A DNA stretch of 19,479 nt. Origin: a bacterium (GTDB lineage Bacteria; DUMJ01). The translations under genes were made by a program, and so were the position numbers. Shown here one piece after another: positions 16,210 to 19,479 of the stretch (the first letter of the stretch is position 1; the number at the start of each line of letters is the position of its first letter). Below the pieces are notes generated by a model. The model searched no databases and was not told the origin of the DNA. It was given only the letters and a program-made list of their open reading frames with translations. The stretch covers positions 1 to 19,479 of the forward strand of contig JBMFMV010000037.1 of the NCBI GenBank assembly GCA_049970495.1, in the 5' to 3' direction.

Positions 16210-17847
16210 ATGTCTAACAGATTGAGGATTATCCCCCTTGGAGGACTAGGGGAGATAGGGAAAAATATGTTGGTAGTGGAGTATGGTGAGGTGGCAGTTA
16301 TTATTGATAGTGGACTTATGTTTCCTACCGATGAGATGCCTGGCGTTGACTATGTAATTCCTGATATCTCATATATAGAGGCAAACAAAAGCAGAGTAAA
16401 AGGAATAATCCTTACTCACTGTCATGAAGACCACGTAGGGTCTCTACCCTATTTATTAAAAATCGTCAATGCCCCTGTAATTGGGACTAAACTTACCCTT
16501 GGGATGGTGTTATCTAGATTAAAAGATTTTGGATTAAATAGTGAAGTAAAATCGGTAGAGATTCAAGAAAGGTCCAGGATAGGTATTGGCTCCTTATCTT
16601 TTGAATTCTTCAACGTAAACCATAGTGTTCCTGGTAATGTCGGAATAGCGATACATACTCCCATTGGGGTTGTGGTACATAGTGGGGATTTTAAGTTCGA
16701 CCACACACCTGTAGACGGTAAACAGACAGACTTCTTTACGCTAGCTTCCTTAGGTGAGAAAGGGGTAAAACTCCTACTATCAGATTCTACCAATGCAGAA
16801 AGACCTGGATATACACCTTCTGAAAGGATCGTAGGAGATACCTTAGATGCTATAGTAAAAGAATCTTTAGGAAGAGTCTTTATTACTACTTTTGCTAGTA
16901 ATATACATCGTATCCAACAGGTCTTTAATATTGCCTATAAGTATAACAGGTTTGTAGCTGTAATAGGAAAGAGTATGAATAGTACAGTTAATACTGCAAG
17001 TCGTCTTGGTTACTTAGATATCCCTCCTAATACTCTGATAAAAGACCAGTCTTTATCTAACTTCAAAAAAAATAGATTAATAATACTGACTAGCGGTTCC
17101 CAAGGAGAACCTATGTCCGCCTTGACGCGTCTTGCCTTCCAAGAATATAAGTCGATAGCTATTGAACCAGGCGACACAGTAGTGATTGCAGCTACACCTG
17201 TCCCTGGCAATGAAAAGATGGTAGCTAGGACAATAAATGCCCTCTTCTATAAAGGGGCAGAAGTAATTTATACCACTACTCCTGGAGTTCATGTCTCTGG
17301 ACATGGTAGCATAGAAGAGTTGAAACTTATGTATACCCTGTTAAAACCAGAGTACTTTGTGCCTATCCATGGAGAAATGAGGCATCAAGTTGCTCATTCT
17401 AAACTCATAGCCTCTCTCGGTCTGCCTGAAGACCACATATTTAAATTAAAAAATGGAGATATCTTAGAAATAGGAGAAGACAGGGCAGAAATAGTAGGAC
17501 ATGTACAGTCTGGAATGATTATGGTAGATGGGCTCGAGTTAGGTGAAGGGGGAATGGTCCTAAGAGACAGACAAAGATTGGCGCAGGAAGGTATAGTAGT
17601 TATGGTAGTGACAGTAGATAAAGAAAAAGAGGAGGTCTTAGGAATACCAGAGGTGGTGATGAGAGGAGTCATATATAAAGATGAAGATACATTTATAGAA
17701 GAATTAAAACTAGAAACTTTTCGTGCACTAATCACCTCAAATACTCCGGTTGTATCTAATGATATAATAAGAGATATAGTTGGAAGGTTTATCTACGAAA
17801 GAACTAGGAGGAGACCTGTAATAATTCCCGTTCTGGTGGAGGTATGA
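16210..17847 (+). CDS. rnj: Ribonuclease J
   Basis: PLGGLGEIGKN, THCHEDH, NHSVP, HSGDFK, DSTNA, GSQGEP, HVSGH, PIHGE, C-terminal RRRPVIIP. Confidence 0.96.
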   Translation: MSNRLRIIPLGGLGEIGKNMLVVEYGEVAVIIDSGLMFPTDEMPGVDYVIPDISYIEANKSRVKGIILTHCHEDHVGSLPYLLKIVNAPVIGTKLTLGMVLSRLKDFGLNSEVKSVEIQERSRIGIGSLSFEFFNVNHSVPGNVGIAIHTPIGVVVHSGDFKFDHTPVDGKQTDFFTLASLGEKGVKLLLSDSTNAERPGYTPSERIVGDTLDAIVKESLGRVFITTFASNIHRIQQVFNIAYKYNRFVAVIGKSMNSTVNTASRLGYLDIPPNTLIKDQSLSNFKKNRLIILTSGSQGEPMSALTRLAFQEYKSIAIEPGDTVVIAATPVPGNEKMVARTINALFYKGAEVIYTTTPGVHVSGHGSIEELKLMYTLLKPEYFVPIHGEMRHQVAHSKLIASLGLPEDHIFKLKNGDILEIGEDRAEIVGHVQSGMIMVDGLELGEGGMVLRDRQRLAQEGIVVMVVTVDKEKEEVLGIPEVVMRGVIYKDEDTFIEELKLETFRALITSNTPVVSNDIIRDIVGRFIYERTRRRPVIIPVLVEV

Positions 17848-19479
17848 GGAGAAAAAAGGCTAAGAGGGTATTCTTTAGAATAATAATTTCTCTACTTTTA
17901 CTTGCTATTATTCTTATAGGTCTGTTGTGGAATCCGCCCATACTGTCTTATCCATTCAAGTATTTAGGATATTGGGGTTTCTTTTTAGTTCTATTCCTTC
18001 TAATACCTAAATTATACTGGGTCTTGTTCTGGGCTTTTCCTATCTGTATACTATTTAACATTGGCGGGGATCTAGGGTTTTATCTTAAGAAGATAGTTAG
18101 TTCAGACATTCCCTTTGCATTGCTTTCTGCTCTTCCAGTAGTACTTTTTATAACTAAACGGATCAGTATTCCCCAGAAAGAAGCTAGAGAGAATACATAT
18201 ACTAGTCCTAAAAAAGAGGTTAGTCTCCCAAAATTTAATATAGATGATAATCAAATAGTAAAAGAAAAAGTATCAAAACATAAAAAGGAGGAGAAAAAAT
18301 TAGATGTAACTTCTATAGAAGCTCCTAATACTTCATTTAAAATGCCGCCTTTTTCTCTTTTAAATGAGCCTCTTAGAAAACAGAAAAATGATGACATAGG
18401 ACATAACGCTGAGCTCCTAGAAACTACACTAGAAAGTTTTGGAGTCTCTGCAAAGGTGGTAAATGCAGTTGTTGGGCCAACTGTTACTAGGTATGAACTT
18501 TCCCTAGCTACAGGGGTAAAGGTAAGCTCAATTACAAAACTCTCTAATGATATTGCCCTAGCTCTGGCCGCTCCTCAGATAAGAATAGAGTCTCCAATTC
18601 CTGGTAAATCTCTCCTTGGGATAGAGGTACCTAACAAAAAGATAACACTAGTAACAATAAGAGAGATAATAGAGAGTGAAGAATTTATTAACAATAAGTC
18701 GCGTCTTACGTTAGGTATAGGTAAGGATATAGCGGGGAATATCATCGCTGATAGTCTAGAAGAAATGCCTCACCTATTGATTGGTGGGACTACGGGCTCA
18801 GGAAAGAGTGTCTGTCTAAATGCTCTTATAATGAGCCTCCTTTATAAATCAGACCCTTCTATATTAAGGATATCTATGATAGACCCTAAACGTGTTGAGC
18901 TCACTCAATATGAGGACTTACCACATTTATGGGCGCCCATTATTACAGAATCTGATTTATCAGTAAAGCTACTTCGGAGACTCACTAAAGAGATGGATAA
19001 TAGATATGAAATATTTAGAAAAGAAGGGGTAAGAAATATACAAGGCTATAATCAGAAGCACAAAGACTCTCCCCTTTATTATATTGTTGTCATTGTAGAT
19101 GAGCTTGCTGACCTTATGATGGTAGCTCCCAAGGAGATAGAAAGACTCATCTGTAGGTTGGCCCAGATGGCAAGAGCAACTGGCATACATCTTATCATAG
19201 CTACGCAAAGACCATCTGTAGATGTTATAACTGGATTAATAAAGGCTAACTTTCCTTCAAGGATAGCATTTGCAGTATCCTCACAAGCTGATTCGCGTGT
19301 TATACTGGATATTAGTGGAGCAGAGAAGTTATTAGGAAAGGGGGATATGTTGTACGCTCCTATATGGGCAATGAAGCCTATAAGAGTACAGGGGGCTTAC
19401 GTCTCAGATGAGGAGATAGAAAGGGTACTCTCCTTTTGGAAAGCCCAAGGAGAACCAAACTATATAGTTACTCAAGAGG
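17844..19479 (+). CDS. ftsK: DNA translocase FtsK/SpoIIIE, 3'-truncated by the window edge (absent from the ORF track)
   Basis: ATG 17844 overlaps the rnj stop (ATGA). N-terminal TM region, then GPTVTRYE, PIPGKSLLGIEVPN, Walker A GTTGSGKS (18786-18809), IDPKRVEL, VDELADLMM, ATQRPSVDVITG, GAEKLLGKGDML. Frame open to the window end. Confidence 0.96.
   Translation, partial: MRRKKAKRVFFRIIISLLLLAIILIGLLWNPPILSYPFKYLGYWGFFLVLFLLIPKLYWVLFWAFPICILFNIGGDLGFYLKKIVSSDIPFALLSALPVVLFITKRISIPQKEARENTYTSPKKEVSLPKFNIDDNQIVKEKVSKHKKEEKKLDVTSIEAPNTSFKMPPFSLLNEPLRKQKNDDIGHNAELLETTLESFGVSAKVVNAVVGPTVTRYELSLATGVKVSSITKLSNDIALALAAPQIRIESPIPGKSLLGIEVPNKKITLVTIREIIESEEFINNKSRLTLGIGKDIAGNIIADSLEEMPHLLIGGTTGSGKSVCLNALIMSLLYKSDPSILRISMIDPKRVELTQYEDLPHLWAPIITESDLSVKLLRRLTKEMDNRYEIFRKEGVRNIQGYNQKHKDSPLYYIVVIVDELADLMMVAPKEIERLICRLAQMARATGIHLIIATQRPSVDVITGLIKANFPSRIAFAVSSQADSRVILDISGAEKLLGKGDMLYAPIWAMKPIRVQGAYVSDEEIERVLSFWKAQGEPNYIVTQE

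Noticed and set aside
16411..16440. RNase J motif HCHEDH instead of HGHEDH
   Set aside because: The change is at a non-ligand position; the metal-binding His and Asp residues are intact.
14439..19208. Minus-strand ORFs opposite dut, dapB, rnj and ftsK
   Set aside because: Antisense shadows of conserved housekeeping genes. 18969-19208 lies within the FtsK motor domain that the ORF track missed.
1..19479. CRISPR arrays, tRNA/rRNA genes, intact mobile elements or defence systems
   Set aside because: No spaced direct repeats, cloverleafs, integrases or complete transposases were seen. FtsK and the beta-CASP protein look like housekeeping types.

Overview
AT-rich bacterial chromosome segment with every credible gene on the + strand. 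Gene content suggests an anaerobic, probably thermophilic Terrabacteria-type organism (inference only). In order: (1) the 3' part of an FMN-binding glutamate synthase family gene followed by a long hairpin; (2) a sigma70-type promoter and a complete fluoride (crcB-motif) riboswitch with an overlapping intrinsic terminator, which controls a MoxR AAA+ ATPase / DUF58 / DUF4129-like membrane protein operon rather than a recognisable fluoride exporter; (3) a 298-bp gap with a possible decayed transposase fragment; (4) a beta-CASP metallo-beta-lactamase nuclease, a PfkB kinase carrying the signature of PPi-dependent myo-inositol kinases (GRTGRGD), and a coupled 1055-aa GH31 glycosidase; (5) a housekeeping block rpsO-pnp-M16 peptidase-dut-dapB-dapA-rnj-ftsK, with ftsK running off the end. 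The main findings are the fluoride-riboswitch-gated MoxR operon, the PPi-kinase/GH31 pair, and an M16 peptidase whose HxxEH motif lies upstream of any canonical start codon. No database searches were run; family calls rest on recalled motifs.
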